Shown: one piece after another, positions 19,468 to 29,940 of the stretch | Position numbering within the stretch: position 1 is the stretch's first letter | Layout of the letters: each line of letters opens with the position of its first letter | Assembly: GCA_963664305.2 (NCBI GenBank) | Contig: CAXXLV010000002.1 | Span: 704,001-768,000, forward strand | Length of the DNA: 64,000 nucleotides | Direction of reading: 5' to 3' | From: an uncultured Aliarcobacter sp. | GTDB taxonomy: Bacteria; Campylobacterota; Campylobacteria; Campylobacterales; Arcobacteraceae | Program-made: the position numbers and the translations under genes | The notes under the pieces: generated by a model | What the model was told of the DNA's origin: nothing | What the model saw: the letters and a program-made list of their open reading frames with translations, nothing else | Databases searched by the model: none

Positions 19468-20748
19468 ATGTCATTAAAAGAATTAAAAGGACAAGGACAC
19501 TGGCCAACAGTTTTAGCAGCCTTTCTTTACTTTGATTTTAGTTTTATGGTTTGGACAATGTTAGGCCCATTAGCTACAGAAATTAGCGAATCATTAAAAA
19601 TTACTCAAAACTTTGTAATGAATGCTGACCAAAAAGCTACACTTTTAGCAATTCCTGTATTAGGTGGAGCAATTTTAAGAGTACTTCTAGGATTTTTAGT
19701 TGATAAAATCGGTGCTAAAAAAACAGCTTTAATGTCACAATTTGTTGTTGTTTGTGGTCTTTTCTATGCTTATTATAGAGGTGAACATATAACTTATGAT
19801 GAATTATTAATAGTTGCATTTGTTTTAGGTTTTGCAGGTGGTTCTTTTGCTGTGGCGCTTCCACAAGCTGGACAATGGTATCCTCCAAAACTTCAAGGTG
19901 TTGTTCTTGGACTTGCAGGTGCTGGAAACATTGGTGTTGTTATTGACTTTATTTTTGCTCCTAAAATCGCAGAAATTTGGGGTTGGCAATCAGTATTTTT
20001 AGTAGGTGCTGTATTATCAACATTTATCTTCTTTGTTTATTTATTTATGGCAAAAGATGCACCTGAAACTGTTTATAAAGCTAATCCTAAAAAATTAAAA
20101 GATTATGGAAAACTATTAAAAGATAAAGATACTTGGTGGTTTTGTCTATTTTATGCGGTAAGTTTTGGTGGTTTCGTTGGTTTTGCAAACTATATGAAAG
20201 TATATTTATTAAATACATATAAACCTGAAATGACTCAATTTGGTTTAGGTTTCTTAAGTGAAGCAAATGTATTAGTTGTTGCTGGTTATTTTGGTGCATT
20301 ATGTATTTTTGCAGGTGCAGTTTTAAGACCAGTTGGTGGAGCAATTGCTGATAAATTAGGTGGAGTAAAATCTTTATACTTCTTCTATGGAATAGTTTCT
20401 TTACTTGCAATTATTAATGCAACATTTAATTTACCTTTTGGTTTAGCTATATTAGTATTATTCTTAATCATGGCTAATCTTGGTATGGCAAATGGTGCAG
20501 TATTCCAATTAGTACCTCAAAGATTTGGTAAAGATATTGGTATTATGACTGGAATTGTTGGATGTGCTGGTGGTCTTGGAGGAACGGCTTTAATTAAAAC
20601 TTTAGGATGGTCTCAAAGTACATTTGAAGGTTATACAGCTGGATTCTTTATCTTTGCGACTGTAGTTTTAGTTGCTATTTCTGGAATTTCTTTAGTAAAA
20701 ACAAGATGGAGAACAACTTGGGGAGCAAGTTCTGGAGGAAGAATATAA
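19468..20748 (+). CDS. narK: NarK/NasA-family nitrate/nitrite MFS transporter
   Basis: GAILR, FAGGSFA, AGAGNIG, FGGFVG, LRPVGG..AD, GMANGAVFQLVP. Confidence 0.9.
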   Translation: MSLKELKGQGHWPTVLAAFLYFDFSFMVWTMLGPLATEISESLKITQNFVMNADQKATLLAIPVLGGAILRVLLGFLVDKIGAKKTALMSQFVVVCGLFYAYYRGEHITYDELLIVAFVLGFAGGSFAVALPQAGQWYPPKLQGVVLGLAGAGNIGVVIDFIFAPKIAEIWGWQSVFLVGAVLSTFIFFVYLFMAKDAPETVYKANPKKLKDYGKLLKDKDTWWFCLFYAVSFGGFVGFANYMKVYLLNTYKPEMTQFGLGFLSEANVLVVAGYFGALCIFAGAVLRPVGGAIADKLGGVKSLYFFYGIVSLLAIINATFNLPFGLAILVLFLIMANLGMANGAVFQLVPQRFGKDIGIMTGIVGCAGGLGGTALIKTLGWSQSTFEGYTAGFFIFATVVLVAISGISLVKTRWRTTWGASSGGRI

Positions 20749-20768
20749 AAAGAGGAAATCCTCTTTTT
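20747..20768 (+). terminator. Intrinsic terminator-like hairpin
   Basis: aaaaagagga-aa-tcctcttttt. Confidence 0.65.
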
Positions 20769-20825
20769 ATATTTAATTTAGGATTTTGATAAAATTTTAA
20801 ATTAAATATATCAAAGGTAATTTTA

Positions 20826-22457
20826 ATGAGTAAAGAAAACATCAAATCTTCAGGTTTTTCACTTGCTAAAGGTAAAGAGTTAACTGGTGATGACTTTTAT
20901 GAGATTAAACAATTTGAAGATTTTACTATTGCTGTACTTTGTGATGGAGTTGGAAGTGCAGTTGAAGGTGCAAATGCAGCTAAAAAAGTTACTCATCATA
21001 TTATCAATAATTTTAAAAACCTACCAAGTGTTTGGAGTTTTGAAAAAGCTATAAAAGAATTTTTAACTTCGATTAACTCTATTCTTTACGCAAAATCTAT
21101 TCAAGAATATGAAAGACCTGAATATCTAACAACGGTAACTGTTGTTGTAATCAAAGGAAATAGACTTTATGGTGCAAATGTTGGAGATAGTAGAATTTAT
21201 CTTTTAAGAGATAATAAACTATCTCAACTATCAATTGACCATAACGAAGAGGGAATGGATAATGTTTTATCAAATGCAATTGGTATTGATAAAAATGTAG
21301 ATATTTACTATTTTGAAAATAACATCCAAAAAGATGACAAAATTTTAATGTGTAGTGATGGTTTATATACTTTAATGAGTAGTGATACTCTTAGTAAACA
21401 TCTAGTAAATGGAGCTTATCATATCGTTAAAAAGGCTAGTTCTTTAGTTGAAGATAATCTTCCTGATGATACAACTGCTATTGTCTTAGAAATTTTAGAT
21501 GATGATTATAGAGAAATATTAAAAAACTTAGATTTAAAAATTCCAGAAAAATTAAATAAAGGTGATATTATCGATGGTTATGAATTAGTTCAATCATTGA
21601 TTAGAAATGATAGAACTTGGATTTGTAAAAAGAATGAGCAAGAATATGTAATCAAATTTGCTCCACTTGAAGCAATAGATAATGAAACAATTTTAGATTT
21701 ATATGTAAAAGAGGCTTGGAATGCAAAGAGATTAAAAGCTGGTTTTTTTCCAAAATCATTTATTCCAAAATATAGAACAGCTAGATATTATCTTATGACT
21801 AAACTTGATGGAGTAAATCTAAAACAATATCTAAAAAAAAGACAACTTACTATTGATGATGCAATAAATCTTACAAAAACACTGATAACTATGGAAGAGT
21901 ATTTATTAAAATACAATTTAGTTCATGGAGATGTAAAACCTGAAAATATTATTGTAATTCAAAGGGATAATAAAAGAATATTTAAAATCATAGATTTTGG
22001 CTCAATTACTGAAATTTTTTCTATTACAAGTAAAGCTGGAACGCCTTCATATCTTGCTCCTGAAAGATTTAAGGAAAGTACGATAAATGAAAAAACAGAA
22101 ATTTTTTCTATAGGAGTTACAATTTATCAAGCCTTAACAGGTAGTTATCCTTATGGAGAAATTGAACCTTTTCAAAATCCATCATTTTCAAAGCCAAAAA
22201 ATCCAAAATCTTTAAACTCAAAAATTCCAGATTGGCTAAATAGTATAATATTAAGAGCGATTAGTGTTGATGAAAATAGAAGATATGAGAACTATTCATA
22301 TGTGAAATATGAACTTGAAAATCCAACAAAAGTAAAACCTTTTTTTGATAAAAAGGCTCCTTTTCTTGAAAAATCACCTGAAAAGTTCTATAAAATTGGA
22401 TTTTATTTACTTTTGATTTTAAATTTCATTTTATTTTTACAAATATCTTCAAATTAA
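20826..22457 (+). CDS. PP2C phosphatase-Ser/Thr kinase fusion protein
   Basis: CDGVG, NVGDSR, CSDGL, DDTT (PP2C); HGDVKPEN, DFG, GTPSYLAPE (kinase); C-terminal TM. Confidence 0.92.
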   Translation: MSKENIKSSGFSLAKGKELTGDDFYEIKQFEDFTIAVLCDGVGSAVEGANAAKKVTHHIINNFKNLPSVWSFEKAIKEFLTSINSILYAKSIQEYERPEYLTTVTVVVIKGNRLYGANVGDSRIYLLRDNKLSQLSIDHNEEGMDNVLSNAIGIDKNVDIYYFENNIQKDDKILMCSDGLYTLMSSDTLSKHLVNGAYHIVKKASSLVEDNLPDDTTAIVLEILDDDYREILKNLDLKIPEKLNKGDIIDGYELVQSLIRNDRTWICKKNEQEYVIKFAPLEAIDNETILDLYVKEAWNAKRLKAGFFPKSFIPKYRTARYYLMTKLDGVNLKQYLKKRQLTIDDAINLTKTLITMEEYLLKYNLVHGDVKPENIIVIQRDNKRIFKIIDFGSITEIFSITSKAGTPSYLAPERFKESTINEKTEIFSIGVTIYQALTGSYPYGEIEPFQNPSFSKPKNPKSLNSKIPDWLNSIILRAISVDENRRYENYSYVKYELENPTKVKPFFDKKAPFLEKSPEKFYKIGFYLLLILNFILFLQISSN

Positions 22458-24424
22458 AAATTCATATTCTCAGGTTTTCCAAAATAGTAACCTTGAGAAT
22501 AATCAACACCTAATTCATCTAGAATATTAAAAATCTCTTCATTTTCTACAAATTCAGCAATAGTGATAATATTTTGTTTTTTTGTAAATGTAACTATTGT
22601 TTCAACTATATTTCGACTGTAATTATCATTTGCTATATTTTTTATCAACTTCCCATCTATTTTTAAAATATCAGGATTAAACTCTAATAATCTTTCAAAA
22701 TTTGAATATCCTGCTCCAAAATCATCGATTGCAATTTTTACACCCATATTTTTAACTTTTTTGATAAAAGCTTTGATAACTTTAAAATCTTTAACATTTT
22801 CATCTTCAAGTAGTTCAAAAATAACTCTATGTCTATCACTTTCATACTCTTCAAGTAATTCAAAAAGTTTATTTCTTGTCTCTTCTTTTTCTATATCTAA
22901 AGAAGAAAGATTTATAGAGATTTTTGTTGTAACTTGTTTTAAAATTTTAAATGAATTTTCTAAAACTCTGTGGGTAATTTTATTGTAATAATTCCCTTTT
23001 TTTGAAATATCTAAAAAGGCATGAGGAGATAAAATATTTCCTTCTTCATCAACTATTCTAACTAAAGACTCATACTTTTCTATCTTTTTAGTTTTATTAT
23101 TTATAATTGGTTGGAAATAAGAAATTACATTGTAATTTTCAAGGGCAATTTTTACCATCTTGATTACTTCCATATTTCTTTTTGCTTCAATTTGTTCTTT
23201 TATTGAAGAATCATTTGAATATTTTACAATTTCACTTTTTTTAATTGCTTCATCTAAACCACATTTTGAATCTTCATATAAATGCTCTCTTCCAAAAGAA
23301 TAACTAACAATTACATTCAAATCATATTCAATTTCATCAACTATTAAACGAGACTCTTTTACATTTTTTACGAAACTATTTAAATAATCGTTTATATTTG
23401 TATGAGTTGATAAGAAATCGAAAAAATCTGTCAATAATGCAAATTGACCATTTCCTAAATAATAAATCGTATCAAAAATATAAGAATTTGGTAAATATGT
23501 TAATAAATTAAAACCAAATATTTTTTCGATTTTATCAACAATCAACATATTATAAAACTTATCAAGGATATCAAAATCCTCTATTTGTATAAGAATTAAA
23601 AGGTGTAAACCTTTTTCATTTATTTTTTCAATTAACTGTTTTTTATCACTCATTACAGTATTTACATTACTTCTTATACTTACATATTCAACTATTTCAC
23701 CATTTAAATCAAATACAGGTTTTATTGTTGTTTTTATGAAGTAAGGTTTCCCACTTTTAGAAAGATTTTTTAGAACTCCAGTCCATGGTTCTTTTTTAAA
23801 TTTAATCGTATTCCATAAATCTTTGAATAACTCTTTTGGATTTTCAGGATGTCGTACAATGTTGTGGCTTTTTCCTATTAATTCAGCACTTGTATATTCT
23901 GATGATTTACAAAAATTTTCATTTGCATAGGTAATAACCCCATGTTTATCTGTTTTAGAAACAATTGTATTTTCGTCAACAATTGCATCATATTGTTTTT
24001 TTAAAAAGAATTTATCTACTTTAATTTGCTCAGTTTCTATAAACTTACTTAAAATAGCTAAAAATTGATTTTCATCTAATGGTTTTGAAAGATATCCATT
24101 TATTCCTGCAGAGATAGCTTTTAAAAAGATTGTTTTATCATCATTATATGAGTAAATTATGGTGATGATTTTGGGATTAATCTTTTTTATCTTAGTAATT
24201 AATGAAAATATATCAAGATCTGGGATTTCAGTGTCAGTGATTAATACAGATATTTCATATTCATTAAATTTTTTAAATATATCAATTTCATTGTTTGAAT
24301 AAATTATTTTCTTAAACATACTTTTAAAATAATTTATTGCATTATCATTTTTATCTGTAGCTAAATATAATAAAGTCAAATCTTTAGTAAACCTAAATAT
24401 TCTATCTCTGTCGTGAATATCCAT
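22454..24424 (-). CDS. REC-PAS-degenerate GGDEF-EAL c-di-GMP phosphodiesterase
   Basis: FQPI, YESLVR, DDFGAGYS, KIDG, AEFVE, QGYY; PAS HNIVRHP. Start moved to MDIHD (AAGGA RBS). Confidence 0.88.
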   Translation of the reverse strand: MDIHDRDRIFRFTKDLTLLYLATDKNDNAINYFKSMFKKIIYSNNEIDIFKKFNEYEISVLITDTEIPDLDIFSLITKIKKINPKIITIIYSYNDDKTIFLKAISAGINGYLSKPLDENQFLAILSKFIETEQIKVDKFFLKKQYDAIVDENTIVSKTDKHGVITYANENFCKSSEYTSAELIGKSHNIVRHPENPKELFKDLWNTIKFKKEPWTGVLKNLSKSGKPYFIKTTIKPVFDLNGEIVEYVSIRSNVNTVMSDKKQLIEKINEKGLHLLILIQIEDFDILDKFYNMLIVDKIEKIFGFNLLTYLPNSYIFDTIYYLGNGQFALLTDFFDFLSTHTNINDYLNSFVKNVKESRLIVDEIEYDLNVIVSYSFGREHLYEDSKCGLDEAIKKSEIVKYSNDSSIKEQIEAKRNMEVIKMVKIALENYNVISYFQPIINNKTKKIEKYESLVRIVDEEGNILSPHAFLDISKKGNYYNKITHRVLENSFKILKQVTTKISINLSSLDIEKEETRNKLFELLEEYESDRHRVIFELLEDENVKDFKVIKAFIKKVKNMGVKIAIDDFGAGYSNFERLLEFNPDILKIDGKLIKNIANDNYSRNIVETIVTFTKKQNIITIAEFVENEEIFNILDELGVDYSQGYYFGKPENMNF

Positions 24425-24529
24425 AAATTTCCTTAAATAAAAAAACGTAAATTTATAACACAAAAAAATAAAAACCAAACTTATATTATAAAGAAAATAA
24501 TTTTTGACATTTAATTTTCTTACTAATTT

Positions 24530-24546
24530 TGTATATTTTTTAAACA
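24530..24546. promoter_or_regulatory. Palindromic box TGTAT-N7-AAACA upstream of nitrate reductase 1
   Basis: 30 nt before TATAAT at 24577. Confidence 0.65.
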
Positions 24547-24628
24547 TAATTTTCTTAAATTTACATTAATATTATGTATAATATTAACTATTAAAATGTA
24601 TAAATTGATAAAATAAGGATTATTTACA

Positions 24629-26617
24629 ATGATAAAGTCAGTTTGTGGATATTGTGGTGTTGGATGTGGATTAGAATTTGAAGAGAATAAATTAGTTGGT
24701 GATGTAGTTTATCCAACAAATGAAGGTAAGCTTTGTTCAAAAGGTGTTTCTGAACTTATTAGTATTCAAACTCCAACAAGACTTTTAAGACCAATTTCTA
24801 GAGAAAATTTAGATGAAGATTTTAAAACTATTTCTTGGGAAAGTGCTATAAATCAAGTTGCCACAAGAATTGCTATTTCAAACAAAGACAAAGTTGGATT
24901 TTATCTTTCAGGTCAACTTTTAACAGAAGATTATTACATTGCAAATAAACTTATGAAAGGTTTTATTGGTTCTAATAATGTTGATACAAATAGTAGAACT
25001 TGTATGTCAAGTGCAGTTGTTGCATATAAAAAAGCTTTAGGAATTGATTATGTTCCAGTAAGAATGAATGACGTTCATGATGCAAACTTACTTATTTTAG
25101 TTGGTGCCAATACAGCAGAAGCTCATGTTGTATTTCATAATAGAATAAAAAGTGCAAAAAAAGATGGCTTAAAAATCATTGTAATTGACCCACGATTTAC
25201 TGATACTGCAAAATATGCTGATTTATATTTACCAATTAAACCAGGAAGTGATATTGACTTTTTCAATCTTGTATCAAAAAGAATTATTGATGAAGATTTA
25301 ATAGACAAAGAGTTTGTTGAAAATCATATAAATAACTTCACCCTACTTCAAAATAAGTTCAAAAGATTACCATCAACAAAACTTTTAAAAAGAACAGGTC
25401 TTACAAAAGAACAATTTGAAGATTTTTGGCAAATGTATAAATCAAATGAAAATATCATAACAGCATGGACGATGGGAATAAATCAATCAGTTCAAGGTGT
25501 AGATAAAAATTTAGCAATAATAAATACACATTTACTAACTGGGAAAATCTTCAAAAAAGGAAATGGTCCATTTTCACTAACTGGACAACCAAATGCAATG
25601 GGAGGAAGAGAAGTTGGAGGACTTTCAACTATGCTTGCAGTTCATTTAGGATTTGATAGTGAATCAATCAAAAAAGTAAACCAATTTTGGGGAACAAAAA
25701 AAGTTTCAAATAAACCAGGACTTACAGCAACTCAAATGCTTGAAGCAAATCTTGATGTGTTAGTTATTTGTCATACTGACCCAATTTATCATCTTCCAAA
25801 TAGAAATAAAATGGAAGAGTTAATCAAAAAAATTCCACTTGTAGTTGAAATAAATGCCTATGAAAACTCTGAAACTGCAAAATTTGCACATATTAGATTA
25901 CCTGCTGCTCCTTGGGGAGAAAAAGAAGGAACTCAAACAAATCTTGATAGAACAATTACGAAACAAGAAAAACTAACTCGTGTTTCAATTGATTGTAAAC
26001 CTGATTGGGAAATTTTCCAATTAATTGCTCAAAAACTTGGATACTTAAAAGAGTTTTGTTTTACATCTTCACAAGAGATATTTGAAGAGTATCAAGAGAT
26101 GACAAAATTAAATCCCCACTTAAATATTTATGAAACGTCTTATGAAGAATTAAAAAATAAACCTTTTGTTTGGGGAGAAAAGATTAGAGAAGATAGAGAA
26201 TTTTTTACACCTGATAAAAAAGGAAATCTATTTTTTGTAGAAAACAAAGTTTTAAGTGAAAAAACTTCTTTGGAGTATCCATTTACTTTATTAACTGGAC
26301 GAACACGTGACCAATGGCATAGTGGCACAAAAACAAATCTTCCTAGAACTCTTTTAAAACACAAACCTTTAAACTTTTGTGAAATCAACACTAAAAATGC
26401 AAAAGATTTAGGAATAAAAGATGGAGATAATATAAGAATTATTTCAAAACGTGGACAAATTGAATCAGTGGCACATGTTACTGATGATATAAAACTTGAT
26501 ACTATTTTTGTTCCTGTTAGTAATAGAAAAATAAACTACTTAACTAACGATTTATATGATAAAGAATCTTTACAACCTGACTATAATCAAAGTGCAGTTA
26601 AAATAATCAAACTTTAA
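24629..26617 (+). CDS. Assimilatory nitrate reductase catalytic subunit (Mo-bisPGD, NasA/NarB-like)
   Basis: CGYCGVGC...C 4Fe-4S motif; NSRTCMSSA; GQPNAMGGRE; TGRTRDQWH; no Tat signal. Confidence 0.85.
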   Translation: MIKSVCGYCGVGCGLEFEENKLVGDVVYPTNEGKLCSKGVSELISIQTPTRLLRPISRENLDEDFKTISWESAINQVATRIAISNKDKVGFYLSGQLLTEDYYIANKLMKGFIGSNNVDTNSRTCMSSAVVAYKKALGIDYVPVRMNDVHDANLLILVGANTAEAHVVFHNRIKSAKKDGLKIIVIDPRFTDTAKYADLYLPIKPGSDIDFFNLVSKRIIDEDLIDKEFVENHINNFTLLQNKFKRLPSTKLLKRTGLTKEQFEDFWQMYKSNENIITAWTMGINQSVQGVDKNLAIINTHLLTGKIFKKGNGPFSLTGQPNAMGGREVGGLSTMLAVHLGFDSESIKKVNQFWGTKKVSNKPGLTATQMLEANLDVLVICHTDPIYHLPNRNKMEELIKKIPLVVEINAYENSETAKFAHIRLPAAPWGEKEGTQTNLDRTITKQEKLTRVSIDCKPDWEIFQLIAQKLGYLKEFCFTSSQEIFEEYQEMTKLNPHLNIYETSYEELKNKPFVWGEKIREDREFFTPDKKGNLFFVENKVLSEKTSLEYPFTLLTGRTRDQWHSGTKTNLPRTLLKHKPLNFCEINTKNAKDLGIKDGDNIRIISKRGQIESVAHVTDDIKLDTIFVPVSNRKINYLTNDLYDKESLQPDYNQSAVKIIKL

Positions 26618-26630
26618 AACTTAATTTTAC

Positions 26631-26669
26631 ATTAATTATTTATATCTTATCTAGATATAAATAATTAAT
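26631..26669. repeat. Perfect 17-bp AT-rich inverted repeat
   Basis: attaattatttatatct-tatct-agatataaataattaat. Confidence 0.8.
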
Positions 26670-26686
26670 TGTCTATTTTATATGCA
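26670..26686. promoter_or_regulatory. Palindromic box TGTCT-N7-ATGCA upstream of nirA
   Basis: 31 nt before TATAAT at 26718. Confidence 0.55.
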
Positions 26687-26752
26687 TTTTATTTTAATTT
26701 TACATTAAATTTAAAGTTATAATTCATTATATGTTTAAATATGGAGTGTAAA

Positions 26753-28345
26753 ATGAGTGCTTTACAAGATGCCTATGAAAAAAGAAACAAAAAATCAAAT
26801 AAAATTGAAGATTTAAAAAAAGAACAAAGTGCTATTGAGTTTATCAATAATTTTGAAAATATCACAAAAAATGGATATGAAAATCTAACTGAAGCTCAAT
26901 CAAAACATCTTTTAAAATGTTATGGTATTTATGACAAAGGGAATAAAGATGAATTTGTTATCAGAATTAGAATTCCTTTAGGTCAATTAACACTAACTCA
27001 GGCAAAAATGTTTGCAAAAACTGCAAGTGATTTTGGAAGAAGTAGAATTGATTTAACAACAAGAAGCCAAGTAGAGTTTAGACATCTAAAATTTGAAGAA
27101 TTACCAACTGTTTTAGCAAACTTACAAAGTGTTGGAATTACTACTTATCAAACAGCAGGTGATAATTTAAGAGGGATTATTACTTCTCCATTTGATGGTT
27201 ATTCAAAAACTTCATTAATTAATTGTAAAGATTTAGTTGAAGATTTACATGATGTATTTTTGAAAAATCCTGATTTTATAGGAACACTGCCAAGAAAATT
27301 TAACACTGGAATTTTAGGTGATATCACAAATGATTGTAATATTTATGGTCACGATTGTGCTTTTGTTCTTGCTAAAAAAAATAATGAGATTGGATTTAAT
27401 CTATATCTTGGGGGAAAAGTTGGAGTTCAAGCAAGACCAATAAATATTTTTGTAAAACAAAATCAAGTTAAAGAGGTTTTTAAAACAATACTTGACATAT
27501 TTAAAGAGTTCGGATTTAGAGATAATAGAAATAAAAATAGATTAACTTACTTTTTGGATGAAGTTACTATTGAAGAGTTTACAAAAGCACTTATTGAATC
27601 TTCAAAATTAGAACTTCAAAGCTCTGGTGAAACTCTTGTAAAAGAAGAGTATAAAATAGATGAAAATTCAACTATAAAACTAAAAGATGCAAAAACAGCA
27701 ATCTATTTCCCAATTCCTGCAGGTCTTTTTAATAGTAAAGATTTAGAAGAAGTTTCTACTTTGATGGAAGAAACAGATTCAATTTTAAGATTTACTCATG
27801 AACAAAGTTTCTTTTTAATAAGTGATGAAAAAAATCTTGAAACTATTAAGAACTCTGAAATATTCAAAAAATATGACGCTTATAATACTCTATTTTTTAG
27901 AAATCAAATCGCATGTGCTGGGACAAATGATTGCTCTTTTGGAGTAATTCCAAATAAAGCTGATGCAATTGAGATGGCAAACTATTTAAACAAAGAAATT
28001 CCTATGAAAAAAGGAAAAGTAAGAATGTATTGGTCAGCTTGTCCAAAAGGTTGTGGAGTTCATGGAGTTGCTGATATTGGATTTGAAGGAGCAAAAGCTA
28101 AAGATGAAGAAGGAAATTTTTGTGATGGAGTAAAAATCTTTATTGGTGGAAAAGCAACTAAACAAATAGAAGAAGCTAGACAATTAAGCAAAGCAATTCC
28201 TATAAAAAAAGCTCAAGAAGTTGTAAAAGAGTTATTAACAATCTATAAAAATGAGATGATAGATGATGAATCTTTTGAAAGTTTTGATTCAAGAGTTTTA
28301 TCAAAATTAGCTATTGAAGAAATTCAAGCAAAAGTTGGATTATAA
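26753..28345 (+). CDS. nirA: Ferredoxin-type nitrite (or sulfite) reductase
   Basis: TTRSQ, DNLR, LPRKFN; siroheme/4Fe-4S cysteines ACAGTNDC and SACPKGC. Start moved to the ATG after GGAG. Confidence 0.82.
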   Translation: MSALQDAYEKRNKKSNKIEDLKKEQSAIEFINNFENITKNGYENLTEAQSKHLLKCYGIYDKGNKDEFVIRIRIPLGQLTLTQAKMFAKTASDFGRSRIDLTTRSQVEFRHLKFEELPTVLANLQSVGITTYQTAGDNLRGIITSPFDGYSKTSLINCKDLVEDLHDVFLKNPDFIGTLPRKFNTGILGDITNDCNIYGHDCAFVLAKKNNEIGFNLYLGGKVGVQARPINIFVKQNQVKEVFKTILDIFKEFGFRDNRNKNRLTYFLDEVTIEEFTKALIESSKLELQSSGETLVKEEYKIDENSTIKLKDAKTAIYFPIPAGLFNSKDLEEVSTLMEETDSILRFTHEQSFFLISDEKNLETIKNSEIFKKYDAYNTLFFRNQIACAGTNDCSFGVIPNKADAIEMANYLNKEIPMKKGKVRMYWSACPKGCGVHGVADIGFEGAKAKDEEGNFCDGVKIFIGGKATKQIEEARQLSKAIPIKKAQEVVKELLTIYKNEMIDDESFESFDSRVLSKLAIEEIQAKVGL

Positions 28346-28346
28346 G

Positions 28347-29936
28347 ATGAGTTCAAACGAAAAAACTCCATTGGAAAGCTTTATAGCTCATAAGACTGAT
28401 ACAAATATGCAATGTGGAAACTACTCTATTGATATTGCAAAACCAAAAGCTGGAGAGCAATATAGATTTCACTTTGATGCAACAGCTTGTATTGGATGTC
28501 ACTGTTGTGAAGTTGCTTGTAATGAGCAAAATAACAATAGTGCAGATGTAAAATGGAGAAGAGTTGGAGAAACTCAAAGTGGAATTTTCCCAAATGTAAA
28601 AAATCACTTTAATTCAATGTCATGTAATCATTGTATTGACCCAGAGTGTCTAAAAGGTTGCCCCACAAATTCATATATAAAATTCGATAATGGAATAGTT
28701 TTTCATGATGATGATACTTGTATTGGTTGTCAATACTGTACTTGGAATTGTCCTTATGAAGTTCCAGTTTTTAATAAAGATAGAGGAATAGTAACAAAAT
28801 GTCATATGTGTCATGAAAAGCTAGAAGTTGGACAAACTCCAGCTTGTGTTCAAGCTTGTCCATCAGGTGCAATTGCAATAGAAATTGTAAATGTAAAAGA
28901 GTGGCTTGATAAAGATATGAAAGAACAAGGAGTTGCTCCAAATCTTCCTGATATAAATATCACAAAACCAACAACAAGATATACTATTGATGACATAGCA
29001 GATATGACACCAGCTGATGCTCATATAATTAAACCAAATCATAGTGAATGGCCATTAGTTTTTATGACTGTTTTAACACAAATCTCTTATGGAGGTTTTA
29101 TTGCTTTAGTTTTAGGTGAAATGACAAATCTTTTTGGATTTAATCTTCCAACACCAAATCTTTGGATGATGATTGCTATATTTTTACCTGCAGCTATTGG
29201 ACTTCCACTTTCTGCTCTTCATCTTGGACGTCCAGGACTTGCCATGACTGCTATGAAAAATATAAAAACATCTTGGCTTTCACGTGAAGCTTTAGGTTTG
29301 GCTTTATATACAGCAGGTTTGGTTTTAGTTATAGCATTATTCTTTTTTGAATCAAATCAAAAATTTAGATTCATTATTGAACTATTGGTTTTAGGAATTG
29401 GAACTTATGGAATATACGCACAATCTATGATTTATAGGATAAAAGCACGTCCATCTTGGAATAAAAAAGAGACAACAAATATATTTTTTAATGTTGGATA
29501 TATCGGTTTTTTCATTATTACATTTATATTGATGTTAAATGAAAGCTATTCATCTGCATCTGTTTTATTACCTTTTGGTATTTTTGTAGGATTCTTACAA
29601 TATAAAGAATTCTCAAAAGAAGTAGATTTTTACAAATTTTTAACTAGTGAACAAACTAATTACTATCAACTAAATAAAACAAAAATTTTATATGAAACAA
29701 ATTTCATAAAATTAAGAGATTTTAGAAGAAATTCTATCTTCATTGGTACATTTATTTTACCAATACTTTGTATGTTATTTATAGCTAGTCAAAACTATAC
29801 ATCTGCAATACTATTTTTAGTTTTATCAATAGTTATATCTTTTTCAAGTGAGATAGTTTCAAGATTACTATTTTATAAAACAGCTGTTGCCCAAGGCTTA
29901 GCTGGAAATTTCTTTATGGGAAATCAAAGAGGATAA
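28347..29936 (+). CDS. Fused DmsB-like 4x[4Fe-4S] ferredoxin + DmsC-like membrane anchor
   Basis: CIGCHCCEVAC, CNHC...C...CP, CIGCQYCTWNCP, KCHMC; HSEWPLVFMTVL, HLGRP, SWLSRE. Confidence 0.88.
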   Translation: MSSNEKTPLESFIAHKTDTNMQCGNYSIDIAKPKAGEQYRFHFDATACIGCHCCEVACNEQNNNSADVKWRRVGETQSGIFPNVKNHFNSMSCNHCIDPECLKGCPTNSYIKFDNGIVFHDDDTCIGCQYCTWNCPYEVPVFNKDRGIVTKCHMCHEKLEVGQTPACVQACPSGAIAIEIVNVKEWLDKDMKEQGVAPNLPDINITKPTTRYTIDDIADMTPADAHIIKPNHSEWPLVFMTVLTQISYGGFIALVLGEMTNLFGFNLPTPNLWMMIAIFLPAAIGLPLSALHLGRPGLAMTAMKNIKTSWLSREALGLALYTAGLVLVIALFFFESNQKFRFIIELLVLGIGTYGIYAQSMIYRIKARPSWNKKETTNIFFNVGYIGFFIITFILMLNESYSSASVLLPFGIFVGFLQYKEFSKEVDFYKFLTSEQTNYYQLNKTKILYETNFIKLRDFRRNSIFIGTFILPILCMLFIASQNYTSAILFLVLSIVISFSSEIVSRLLFYKTAVAQGLAGNFFMGNQRG

Positions 29937-29940
29937 TAAG

